Of a stretch of 64,000 nucleotides of DNA, positions 26,123-39,438 are shown piece after piece. Both the position numbers and the translations under genes were made by a program. The stretch is from the human T2T-CHM13v2.0 reference genome, Homo sapiens: NCBI RefSeq assembly GCF_009914755.1, contig NC_060933.1; one strand, given 5' to 3'. The notes below the pieces were generated by a model, which was not told the DNA's origin, did no database searches, and saw only the letters and a list, made by a program, of their open reading frames with translations. How positions within the stretch are numbered: the stretch's first letter is position 1; each line of letters starts with the position of its first letter.

Positions 26123-28464
26123 AATTAAGACACCAGAGATAAAAAGAAAATACAAAAACTTTCAGAAATAAATTGCAGGTCACAGACAAGGAACCGATAT
26201 AAGAGGCATTCGACTTATCAGCATCTGCATGGATTTTTAGTCAATGAAGCATGGTCTTAAAAATTTGGAGAGAACTTTTTTTCAAGGTAGAATTTTATAT
26301 CAAGCTCAATTATCATTCAGGTTAGAATGAAAAATGGAAAATTTTTTATACATGGAAAGCCTCAAAAATGTTTACTTCTTAGGCAAATTTCTCTAGAAGC
26401 TACTAAAAAAAATATACCTCAGCAAGAGAAAAACTGTGTCAAGAAAATGGAAGTCAAAAGACTTAGGAATTAAAGGCTTCAACACTGGAGAATGCAAATG
26501 GAATTTTCTGATGTGCACCAGGCCTAGAGAGAAACTGTAAGAAAGAAATCCCTATGGAAAAAAATATATACAATTGATAGGTTTTATCTAATGTATTTAA
26601 GCATTTGGAAGCATTACTGCTGGTTAATCTGTTTGACATATTTGTTGGTGTGTTTAGAAAATTGTTAGTGCGATAAGTAAATAGAAAATTGAATAAATAA
26701 AATATAAGACAATAACCACATAAAAAACAAAAAGTTAAATGAGAAAGTTCATATCATACTTGGCTAGGCACTAAACTAAATATTCGTGATCGTGTTATTC
26801 TTTCTAGAGATTTGGGCAGAAAATGTTATATAATTGTATTGAGAGGCTGGAGGATGAGAAAAAGAAGATATGGGTTTATAAGAGCTATAAATCCTCAAGT
26901 AGCATAATAGAAATTTAATATGTAATTTGTAAAAAGTAGACATTTGAATGAAAATGTCAGAAGAAACTGCTAAAAACTTAGAAGTAGCTCCCTCTGAGAA
27001 GTAGAATGGGTATGGAAAGGGTTGGGGCAAGCAGCTGTCATATTTCATTTATGCCTTTGGCACTACTTTATGTTTAAACTATGTATGTCACACTCATGAT
27101 TTTTAGTGTAAAAGGAAGGATGTCTCCTGTTTTCACTATTACAAATAATATTACAAAGCACTGTTACATCCATTGTCTCATCTGGTTTTTCACAAGAGTT
27201 CTCTGAGATACAATTTACTGTTAGCCCTATATTATAAGTGAGGACATTGAGAATCATGGAAATGAAATGAGTTGTGGCAAGTCTACAGATTGTAAATCCT
27301 TACCTTTCCCTCTATCCGAAGGCTAAAGAACAAAATTGTAGTATTATTCTATTTACAACTCTGCCTGGCTCCAAAGAGGTACTTAAGGTAAATTATGAAG
27401 ACGAATATAACATTGTTTCATAAATTGAATTAAAAATAAATCCTCTCAGAAGCACTTAGGAGAAGATATATAGATAGTGGATTCAAAGGTAAGGTTAGTT
27501 TAGCAAATATAGTTCAGAAAATCCTATGTATCACAAGAAAAGTGATTCTAAAATTTGATCCTGAGCTTCCTAGCAGCCAATGCTAAAAAGGAAGCAAGAA
27601 TAACAAACTGGACCATTCACTATATCCACAATATAAGACTATATCAGATTATCAGATTTTTTTAAAGAATTTTTATCTGTCCCTGATGCTGAAATCAGAA
27701 TTTACTTTCACCTTCTAATCTTCATTAAGAAGAAATTATATCATGTAATGAGCAATGTCCTCAACATTGTTCTCAAAATATGTCAGTGATAAGTATAATT
27801 TGTGTTCTTCAATGTCGAGCAATTTCATCACACCAAAAACAATTCGACTAAAAATAAATGAACAGAGGCAGGAGAAGGGGCATCAAAATATGACATGCCC
27901 TAGGTATAAGAAAAAAAACTCCAAGCAGGTATATAGTAATGTTCCTATTAGCCATATATACACAAACACATATGCACACACACAGTCTAAGTAAAAGTTC
28001 ATTAGAAGTATTGAGACACAGATGACATCTATAAATGGTTTGGAAACAACTCGCCTTCCTGGTCCACTTGCCAGGAGTAACTAACTACAAAATATCCACA
28101 ACCTAACAGATTTATGCCATTTGTTGTATAGATTATACATGAAAAATGAGATTAAAATTGATTTATGTATCCAAAATAGTGACATTTGGATTGATCAACA
28201 GTCATTCTTTCAGTTATAGACAATTTTATCTCAAATATATTCCTGATCCTTAATAATAAAGTCATATTGTCTGTTAAATGCTGACTCTAGATGAGGGAGA
28301 TTGGAATTATCTCTCCTTTTAATGACTTCAGTTCTATCCCAAGGGAAAGAGTTGTCCAAATTCCAAGACATTTCACTGGGCCACAGTACCAGGGAGTGTT
28401 GGTTTAACTGAGCCAACATGAAGAAAACTCTTAGTCTCAGAGAGAAGAAATTAAATATTCCCAC

Positions 28465-28882
28465 TGTATTGGTTTGCTAGGGCCGCCATACAACTTATCA
28501 CAAACCGGATGGCTAAAAACAATAGAAATTTATTGTCCCACAGTTTTGGAGGACCCCACTTTCAAAACAAGGTTTTGGCAGGGCTGTGCACTCTGTTACT
28601 CCCTCTGAAGATTATAGGAAATAGTCTTTGCCTTTTCCTAGCTCCTGGTGGTTACCAGTAATCCTTTACATTCTTTGTAGCTGTATCACTTTAATCTCTG
28701 CCTCTGTCTTCCTAGGGCCTTATTATAAGGATACCAGTTATTGGATTTAAGGCCCACTCTAATCCAATATGACTCCATTTAACTAATTCTATCTGCAAAA
28801 CCCTATTATTTCCAAATAAGGTAGTATTCTGAGGTTCCTACTGGACACGGATTTGGAGGGAACACTATTCAATCAAGCACAC
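28465..28882 (-). mobile_element. MaLR solo LTR (MLT1C-like)
   Basis: tgtattggtttgctagggccgccata...agaaatttattgtcccacagttttggagg...atttccaaataaggt...acactattcaa. Confidence 0.85.
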
Positions 28883-30022
28883 ACACATTCAACAAGACTC
28901 AACGAGTGCCAGATAGGAAATACAGGGGGCTATGGGAACACATGAACTGGGACCTAATTCAGACTCAGAAGAGTCAAGAAAGTTCAGAATCTAGGAAGAC
29001 AGTGAGTTGGTGAATGCTCAGACCAAGAGTTTACTTGTCAAGGGACAACTTCACCCCTTCTGCCCAAAGACACCCACCAATAGCTTCTAAACACTTTCTC
29101 TCTAACTCTTCATTTGCCAAGGTCAAGCCCCCAAACTATCTCCTTCATAAAGCGTTTTCTGATTCTTCTCTGTCCAGATTCATCCCTCCTTTCTCTATTA
29201 ACTACTGCTTACCATTTGTGACTTTAAAGGAACAGAAACTGGCATACATTAAGTGTCTTCTGTGAGCCAGGGATATGCTAGTCACTTTTACATACCCAGT
29301 AATTCCTGTAAAGTGAGATCCCAATTTTAGAGGGGGAAAAACTGAGACTCGGAGTTCAATGACTCATCTAAGAACACACAGCTCCTAGTCAATCTGGACC
29401 CAAATGTCATGCATGATGTTTCAATGCACACTTCCTGCATTTAGGGCTTCACATTGTCCTAGACTTCTGCCTCCCCAGGTCTGCAGTGAGCTAGCTGAGA
29501 GCAGGGATTGTGTTTTACTCCTGGGGCATGGAAGAAATGCTGCTAGAACACAGTTGAAGGTCCCATCACATTGAATGCCCACAAGGGTTCCAGAGGTCTG
29601 TGAGTGCACCCATAGCTCTCTGCATCTTCAACACACCTCCCTCCAACCCTTCTTTTCTCCCAGGAGAAAACCAGATCGGCTGGGAGTGTTTGCACCAAGA
29701 AAAATCCATCTCTTAGCAAACATTCTTCCAGTCCCTAAGGATTCGTCATAAGAGCTTTCCACTGCACCCGCTCACAGGGCAGACAATGTGCTAAACCAGC
29801 TGTTTAACACAAGAGGCTCCCCATCCCTGGAGACCTGAGACAAGCTCCTGAGACGTGCAGTATGTCTCCATTAGCCAAGCAACCGTCTTTGGGTGTGCTT
29901 TCTATTCCATATTCCTGTGTTCATTAACTATAAGCCTGCCAGAAATGCAGGGTACCAGCTTTTCTAAGCGGTGAAGAGGGAAGTGTGCCTTACATATATT
30001 CACATAGATCTGTGTTTTTTAG

Positions 30023-30115
30023 GACCCCGTATTACAGAGGCTTGTCACCACCGTAACCAATGCAGACTTAGCTGCAGGGCCTGCTGCGATGTCCATGCTG
30101 AGGCAACTGAGAAAG
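30023..30115 (+). other. Candidate 93-nt internal exon (probably lncRNA)
   Basis: Acceptor tgtgttttttag|g and consensus donor aag|gtgagt in non-repetitive sequence. Confidence 0.4.
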
Positions 30116-30604
30116 GTGAGTAAACAAGGACAGGTATGGCTGGGAGAGAAGGGCTGACCCAGCGGTGGGACAGGTTCCAAGGGAGAGAGCAGCCATCCAA
30201 ATCCTAATGTTCAAAGTGGCAAGAGAGGGACTACAGGACAGCAGGGAAGACCTCAGACTCCAAAGTCAGATAAAACTGGTTTGGAATTCTGGTATTGCCC
30301 CTTAGCGACTTTCTGACCTTGGGCAATTTACATAACCTCTTATGCCATGCCTTAGAAGTAATAAAAGAACCTCCAAATTGTTCTGCGGTTAGAAAGAGAT
30401 ACTGCTTGTAAAGTTCTTAGCACATGGCCTGGTCAATGGTAAACTATAAGTAATGCTCTTTCCAGACTGATTTCAGTCTCCAGGGGAAGAAGGGGTCTTG
30501 GCTGGTAGACAGTAACCTCCCATCAGAGGTGCCCTCACAGAAAATGGTAGCTCCACAACCAGGTTACAACAACGTCCAAATTAAGCAGAATTGGGTCAGG
30601 GCCT

Positions 30605-31220
30605 GCATTGTCCAATACGGTAGCTGCTAGTCACAAGTGGTTCCACATTGAGATGTGAAGTGTAAAATCCACTGGATTTGAAGGACTTAGTGTACAAAAA
30701 GTTAAATATTTCAATAATCTTTCTTATACTGCCTACATATTGAAGTGATAGTACTTTGGTTATATTGGGTTAAATAAAATATATTATTAAAATTATGTTT
30801 AAATAAATTTTATTGTGTATATTTGTGGTATATAACATGATGTTATTGGGATACATATATATAGTAAAATGGTCACTATAGTAAAGCAAATTAATATATC
30901 CATCAGCTCACATCGTTACCCTTTTTTTCTGGCAAGAGCTGCTAAAATCTATTCATCTAGCCGAATTTCCAAATACAGAACAATTTTATTACCTATCATC
31001 CTTATGTGGTGCATTAGATCTCTAGAACTGTTCATCCTACATATCTGCCTCTTTGTATCCTCTGACCCATATCTCCCCATTTTCTCCCTACCACCGCCAA
31101 ATTAATTTCACCTGTTTCTTTTTCCATTTTTTAATGAGGCTACTAGAAAAATTAAAAGTTACATGTGTGGCCCAGGGCCCATAAGCCTGGCTCACACTAC
31201 ATTTCTGTTGGACCATGTTC
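30605..31220. mobile_element. MER33/MER3-type hAT element interrupted by an L1MA 3' fragment
   Basis: tgtccaatacggtagc..ctagtcaca..gttaaataaaatatattattaaaatta, resuming at aaattaatttcacctgtttc...ttggac. Confidence 0.8.
30797..31098 (-). mobile_element. L1MA 3' end fragment
   Basis: aaattttattgtgtatatt..tataacatgatgtt..cattagatctctaga..tctgacccatatctcccca. Confidence 0.8.
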
Positions 31221-31265
31221 ATTTAGGCCAGCAAGTGTCCCAGCCAATGGGTTGGACTCAGAGGC

Positions 31266-32008
<743 letters not shown>

Positions 32009-35000
32009 TAATCAAAAAGCCAAGCCGGGCAGGGTTCCAAGCTAACATACAGGCCTGCCAGTACTTGGGCTTGGCCCAGGCCTTCCGAAAACAGAGATGA
32101 CAATGACAGCAGCAGGATACATATCTTACCTCACCTTCTAACGGGGAGGAGCCCCAGACAAAGGGCCAAGTCTGTGAATGGGTGGGACTAAGGCCATGAG
32201 CTTCAGGACCTGCACTGGGCAAGGTTGAGCCCTGTGGAGACAGAGTCACCATGTTTGGGATTGTTTATAAACCTGGTAACAGGTAAGCACCTCATAATAT
32301 TGTGAGTTCCTCCCTTGCATGTGAGTGGCAGAGATAAGGATCAAGCCACCCCTCTCAAAGAAATTCACATCCAGCTCTGACTCTTGGGTGGGAAGAGAAA
32401 GTCAGAAAGAATAGGGAGAAGAAGCAGAAGTTTTAAAAGTAACTTCAAAGTGTTTCAAACTTTCAAAATATTAAGTATGTCTGTAAGCCAAGCTAGCTAC
32501 AGCCAATTTCTAACACGGACACAAGAACAATTCTTTGTGAGGTCTATCTCATAGTCCCTTGAAACCATGACCATAGTTAGAACCATATGTAAGACCTAAC
32601 ATGTTTAAGGAAACTCCTGGCTGTCCGCTTTAATCTCGCAGTCCCAAAGAGCCTCTGAAATGTGGTTAGGTAAAATCTGAGCCCAGTCTCCTCAGAAGCA
32701 TGATATCAAAACCTGTTTATTAACTCCGAAAGGGAAACTTCTCCAAGACTGTGTGTTTTCCTTAGGTGAATGAGGGTATAATAATGTCTCTAGTTTAGGA
32801 ACCGAGAAGTGCAGTATTTGATCTTGCCTCCATGAAGTATAAACCAATGAACTTAAATAAAGGAGGCATATGAAAAGCACGGGACTTTGAAGGAAAATAA
32901 GATTTCTCAGCTGATGAGACCTCTGTGATACACTGTGCTCTGGGCTTGAATTATTTTTAGTCTTTGGCACAAAAATCAGGATTAGTATTTCACTTCTTGG
33001 CCTCTGAAGACACTCATATGACTTTGTCTTTCTGGACATAGCACGTGTTCTGATACAAACTCTGTGAAGACCCTTATCAGATTCAGTGAGACAGCCTAAT
33101 TCCTGAGTATAATGAGCATTTTAAAGGGCCATAGGGCTATGACAAAAACAAACAAACAACTGGCCACTTCTATAAGGCATGAAGAAACCTTGAATAATCT
33201 CTGGAAACCACTGGAAGCCACCCCAGTGGCGTATCTTCAACATGTCTTATGAAAAATCTATTACATTTGACTATCTTCAGCATTTTGATGTTGCCTGTTT
33301 ATTTCAACAGCATGGATGACTCACTTTCATAACCAGGCATAGCATGATTGGCCCAGTTCTAACAAACAAACAGGAATTTAGGCAAAGTGGGGATTCTTTC
33401 TCTGCAATCTTAAGGCCCCTGAGGGCACCCCTGTGTTGTGTCCCACATCATAGGCTAGCCACAGACTTCACTGGCTGTTCCACTGGGGCTGCTCTTGTTT
33501 GTGTCCACTCCATTTAACAGATTCCGGCAAACACTGAGCACTTTATAAATGTGTGCTAAGTAAGCAAGAATGAATTACTGTCTAAGCTCTGAGTTTCACC
33601 TTTCCCGGTGACACTGGCACTCTTTGCAACAAGGAGAACCAAGTCATCTAGCAATACATTGGGTTGTAAAGCTGGCTTCTAGCAAACCACTTGAGAAGGC
33701 AGGCTGGGAGGAACACAGCAGCAAGGTCACTTCAAGTAGCTTTCTCACTGCAAGACATGCCAATTCCGTTGTTTTCCACGTGAAAAAAGTGGATAATATA
33801 GTAGGCAATAGAAAAATGGGATCAGGCCAAGGGCTTCCAAGAGGCAGGGTTGGTTAGGTAAGCCAGATATGACCAAATTCGGGGTGAGCTTAAAAGAGGC
33901 AGACATCATACAACCTCTCCAGGAAACGCTTTCTTTATCATAATATTCATGATTATAATAATATGAAGAATATCCACTTATTCTTTTAATACTTGTGCCA
34001 TAAGTTCCTACAATGTTCCAGACACTGCTCTGCATGCTGGCGACACAGCAATCAATAAAATAGGTAAAGTTCCCACCCTCATGGATACAGGGAGACAATG
34101 TGAGGAAGTAAATATCTAATATGTCACACAAGAGTCGGCATGTCAGGGGCTGTGATTTTATACAAGGTGGCCAGGGAAGGTCTCAGAAATATGGTAACAT
34201 TTGAGCAGAGACCTGAAAAGAACATTCCAGAGGAGACAAGTGCAAGCATGCTCTGCACAGTCAGGGAGGTACAAGGCAGCCAGAGAGCCTTGGAGTGAAG
34301 AAAGCCGGGAAGAACAGTAGGAAACAACTTCAGGAGAACGGACGGCAAGAGGGCACATGATATAGCTCGTTCACTCCAAGATGTCCCAGTCCACTGCTTC
34401 CCATATGAGACAGGAAAATATAGTGTCTCATGGTCGTGTCATAAAATATAGAAACAACCATCACAATAACAAAACTTCTCACTGAAACCAAGACCCTTAA
34501 AAGTCTCCCCTACCAAGCCCTAGACAAAATGATAATGTCAGCATAGTTTATTTTTGACTCTTGTTAATAAATAGATTTCTGACGTGCATGTCTTTCTTGC
34601 AAGCAAGATACCCTGTTCTACTGTTTCGTTTGTATAAAGTGACACACAGCTTTACAAGTGGGATCCAGGTTTTGTTGGACAGTGCTGGACTGTGTCAGGT
34701 TCTTAACTCCATGTTCATTAATTTAAGCCTTACAATAACTCTGTCTGGTAGATGTTATCCTTCCCATTGTGTAAGCAATACAATAAAACTCAGAAGATAA
34801 TTTTCCCCAAAATTAGCCAACTTATAAGTGGAAGCTCCAGAATTCCCACCCAAATGTATGGCTCTATGTCTAGAGTACTTTAGTCATTTGGTCATATCTT
34901 GCAAAGAAAAGAAGGAGAAGAGCAGTGGATCCTTGAGTGGGTGTTGAGAAACTGGGAATAAGATCAGCCCTGTGACCCAGAGGTTCAGAAAACTTTCAGG

Positions 35001-36824
35001 ATGCATTTAGTCCTCAAGAGAGTGAATAACAAGGAAATGTGAACAACTGCTTCCTTGGATGGCCGAGAACATTTATGGGAAAAAGAAACCTTGACTGAGA
35101 ACCTTTGGAAATTAGAATGAAAGAAAATCTTCTAAAATTGTCAAATATCAAGAATCTGAACTAGAAAACTACATGTTTGGGAGAAAGTTTAACCTTGATG
35201 GCACTGCCAGGATGAGGGAAAGCACCAGGAACCTTGAGTGTAGCCTTGGCTGAGACTGGGCGCTAAGGCTGTGAGGCATTGATAGAATGGTACATGTTGG
35301 AAGAACGAGATACTCCAAATCTGTAAGTAGCTGTCTGTCTTGTGAGAGGTAAATGTGTGAATAAATTTGCAGTGTTTCCCTTTCCTCTGGCAGAGCAGCC
35401 CACGAAAGCTGATATGTTTGTGCAAATGTAATGCAAATACCTGAGTACTGTTCTTGGAAACCCATTTTGCAGTGGCTTTATTAGCCAGCATATAAAATGG
35501 AGATGCTTAAAGGTTGTTAAGTTTTAAAAGCAAAACTGATTTCTATGATCTAAGCAATCATCTATCCTGTTTTGTGCAATAATGTAAATTTGGGGCATCT
35601 TTAGGCTGAGCTGCGTTTCTGCAGTCCTTCTGCTATTTCTTTACAAGTGTTTCTTCTCTGGAGCTGGTTTCCCAGACAAGAGTTGGGATGGTCCCAGATG
35701 CAAAAAGAGGCAGGAATTATAAAGTCTTACTGCAGGGCTTAAGACAGAAGTCTACAAATGCAAGAAAATCCAAAGAAAGAGCTGATACCAACTAGCTTTC
35801 CAAGGGAATTCTGAATTTCCAGCAGATGTGTGCCATGGTGACTGCTTCCTTGGAGTACATTTTTTTTAATAGCTCAAGCAGCATTTGACTGTTGTTGTCC
35901 TCATGGGGATGTGTTTGTTCTCACGGGGTCATGCTCACAACAGAGTCTAGAACCAACTCCCAAAGGAATATAAGAGAAGCCACTGTGACATTTCCCTCTT
36001 AGATTGGAGAAAGAACCATAAAGATGAGCTGACTGGGACTAGTGAAACTCCCCAGATTGATGTACCAATATCTTATGCATGGGGCTATATAAGGATGGCA
36101 AACCCAGACTTTGATAAACATTAAAAATAAAAAGACCCTGCTGATGGTTGCATATATCTGTGAATATACAAAAGACTATTGCATGTCACACTTGGATGGG
36201 TGAATTGTATGCTATGTGGATTATATCTCAATAATGCTGTTTGAAAAATTAAAAAGCTACCTTTTCTTCATATAGTTAAAAAAGAAGGTAACAAAGGACA
36301 TCTCTGTCCACCACTATGCTATATATGTATTTCTTCGATGACTCATGGGCTTATTTTGATGTCTTCAGTAAGAGCCATAGGGTAAAGTCTTAAACGATGG
36401 TGAAAGAGTCTGCCATTGACACCTCAATAGTCAGTCATCCTGTAAGCAAACAGAAACAGAAAACTGGAATTTATAAGGCAGGCCTTCGGTAGAAGACACA
36501 CCCTTCTCTCCATGCATCTCAGTGTCTTGGTTCTGGAATCTGGAGATGAGACCATGTGAGCATAGCTCTATAGTATGGACAACAGGACTTTAGCTCATGA
36601 AAACATCCTTTTGCAGGCCCCCGGCTAGAGATGAGTAAATGATGTCTTATAGACCAGGTGCCTATTTGTACGTTACTATGTTATTTTGGTTATCTCTGAA
36701 CTTCCAGTAAAGTCTTGTTTGTGAATCATCCTCTTTTCAGCTGGTTGAATACTAGTACAACAAATAAGTCACATTTGTTCAGCATTCACCTAGTCTTCGC
36801 AAAAGCTTTATTAGACACTATGAG

Positions 36825-37197
36825 TATTAGTTTGCTAGTATTAGTATTAGGCTGCCATAACAAAATACTACAGATTGAAAATAGACATTTATCTTCTTAC
36901 ACTTCCAGAGTCTAGAGAGTGCCAACAAATTCAGTTTCTGATAAGGGCTTTCTTCTTAGCTTATAGATGGCCACCTTCCTGCTATGTCCTAACCTGGCCT
37001 TTCCTCTCTGCTCCTGCTAGGAGGGCAAGCTCTCTAGTGTCTCTTCCTGTTCTTATAAGGACACCAATCCCATCATATTAGGGCCCCACCCCTATGACCT
37101 CATTTAACCTTCATTATCTCCTTAAAGTCACAGTGAAGGTCAGGGCTTCAACACATGGATTGGCATTGGTCAGGGGTGCCATATTCAGTCCCTAACG
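36825..37197 (-). mobile_element. MaLR solo LTR (MLT1A-like)
   Basis: ggctgccataacaaaatactacaga..cttataaggacaccaatccc..gggccccaccc..atgacctcatttaacct..attcagtccctaac. Confidence 0.85.
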
Positions 37198-39124
37198 CTA
37201 TTATTTTCCCTATTGTACACCTAAGAAAACTGAAGCTCAGAAAAGTGATTTTTGTCATAGTTAAAAAGCAAGATGGGAACCCAGGATGTCTGATGGAAGA
37301 AATATGTCTTTATGCACTTTATTTATACCATTGCAGTGAATTAATGTGTGTGTATACTTTGACGAACATGTTAATAGAGGATCAGGCTGAGTGATGGTGG
37401 CAAAGAAATATATAGTGAAAAGAACATCTTAGCAACGCTACAGTCATGACAACCAGGTTCTGCCAGCCTTCCCTACATGGGCTTCCCTGTCCCTTGCCAG
37501 ACTTGAAGGTCCTGGATCTAAATTTATTAAGAAAGTTTATGGTTTTATTTGCATTATTCTAAATAAGAAAAAACATTATAATCCGGACTCTGGAAACCCC
37601 AAGAGTTTTGATGATGGCCACACAAATGGTGGCAAAGCAAGTAGGCTGTGGTTCAAAGTCACCTATACCTTTCAATACACATAAGTATCATTTAAGCCAT
37701 GGACTGCATAGTACTTATTACTATGACAAACAGATATGCCTACCCCAAATCGTCCCTGCTCTGCAGACTTTTCCTTTTCTCTCCTAACATCTCAATATAT
37801 TTGTCCTATTCCAGTGTCCTATTCCTTCTGCCTGACACATGCTGGCTAAAATGTCTTCTAAGGGTATTTCACTTATTCATTCGTCACATGTTTATTGCTT
37901 CCCTATTATAAATCAGATATTATTTCTAGGCACTAGCAATAGAATAGTGAATAAGTGAATAGTGTCCTCAAAGTACGAGTGTCTTTGTAAGGCACTTCAT
38001 ATATTATTGTGAGGATCTTAACATTCTTAGAACCTGTGAACAGAGAAGGCTCAGAGATGGCCATGCCTTTATCTTAAGAAGAGCATTTCTACTGCCAAAT
38101 CAATCACAATCATTGTGAAAAAATGTAATGTGATCTGCATACATGATTAAATGGTTTCAAGCCCTAGCTTCATGTCTTTCATTTTTTCATGCAGTATCCA
38201 CCATGTACCGGGAATTATGCTTGGTTCTAGTGGTACAGAAATTACTAGGGGAGAGGGACAGGCCATTACAATGCAATGTGCTAAGTGCTATGAAAGAATC
38301 ACCATCAAAATGCTTTGGAATTACAAAGGAGGGAGCAGTTTGGTCTCTTTGTCAGAATGTAGAGAGCTTCATATAAAACATAAAATTTGAGCTAAGTGAT
38401 TGAGGAACAAGTATTTTCTAGGTAGAGAAAATGAATTAGTCTATGTCTCTGTATTACTAGAGACATATGGCATTTGAGGAGAAGGGAAAAAAAATCAGCA
38501 TGGCTGATGAGAATTTTAGGCAGGTAGGAAAAGTTAAAGGACCATGTCTAGCCTCTCTCTGTATTTCTAAGATCCTTCCATAAACTCAACTCCCACACCT
38601 TCATAACTTAATGGCACAGAGAACCGTAAATAAAATTTACCTCTATAAATGCTTGTCTTCTCAAAGTATACATACATATATGTATACAGATACATATTTT
38701 AGCTTGTAAGTTATCATAATGAGACATAGAAGTACCGAGTTGCTTTTTACTCAACATATTGGGGATTTGATTTTACCAATAGTTACTCAAATTTGACTTG
38801 GGATATAAAACATCTTACTTCCTATTAAGGCATAAGAATTAGCCTCCGATGACATAAAATTGAGCACATCAGAACTTGCATCAAAGACTGTGCACTTGTA
38901 CTTTCAAAATCTTTGACTCAATTAAATGATGTTTAAAATCTATTGCTTCAAATTCATTGTGGTAGATAGAAAGCAATCTTTTACTTTGAACCAGATGACA
39001 ATGGATCACAGAAGGGTACAGTGCTCTAAAGAAGCTTCCTAGCACTCATTCAGAAACTTGTCCAACAACTTCATGGCCCATCCTTCATAAAGAGATCAGG
39101 GAAACAATAAAGAATAAACATATT

Positions 39125-39438
39125 ATTTTGGTAGCCTTAGCTCTGTTTGACACATAATTCTAGCTTTCTGCTTTCCAGGTACATGGTAAGATTATATTTC
39201 CTTCAAGATGTTATTCCAGATACTCCAAAGCTTTTTTTCCCTTCCATCTTGATGGCCAATGATAACAGCTGCTTGATCAGGATCAGCCTGGTTCCAGAAT
39301 GGGAACAAGACAAAGCAGTTACCAGACACTTCATAATGAACATACAAAGTAAGTGAGAAGTAAACCTTTGTCGCTACAAACCACTAAAATGTGGGAATTA
39401 TTTGTTACTAGGTATAATCTAGCCTCTGCTGAGTGATA
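39125..39438 (+). mobile_element. Old MaLR LTR (MLT1J-like)
   Basis: ggtacatggtaagattatatttcc..gtgagaagtaaacctttgt..ccactaaaatgtggga..tttgttact..taatctagcc. Confidence 0.6.
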
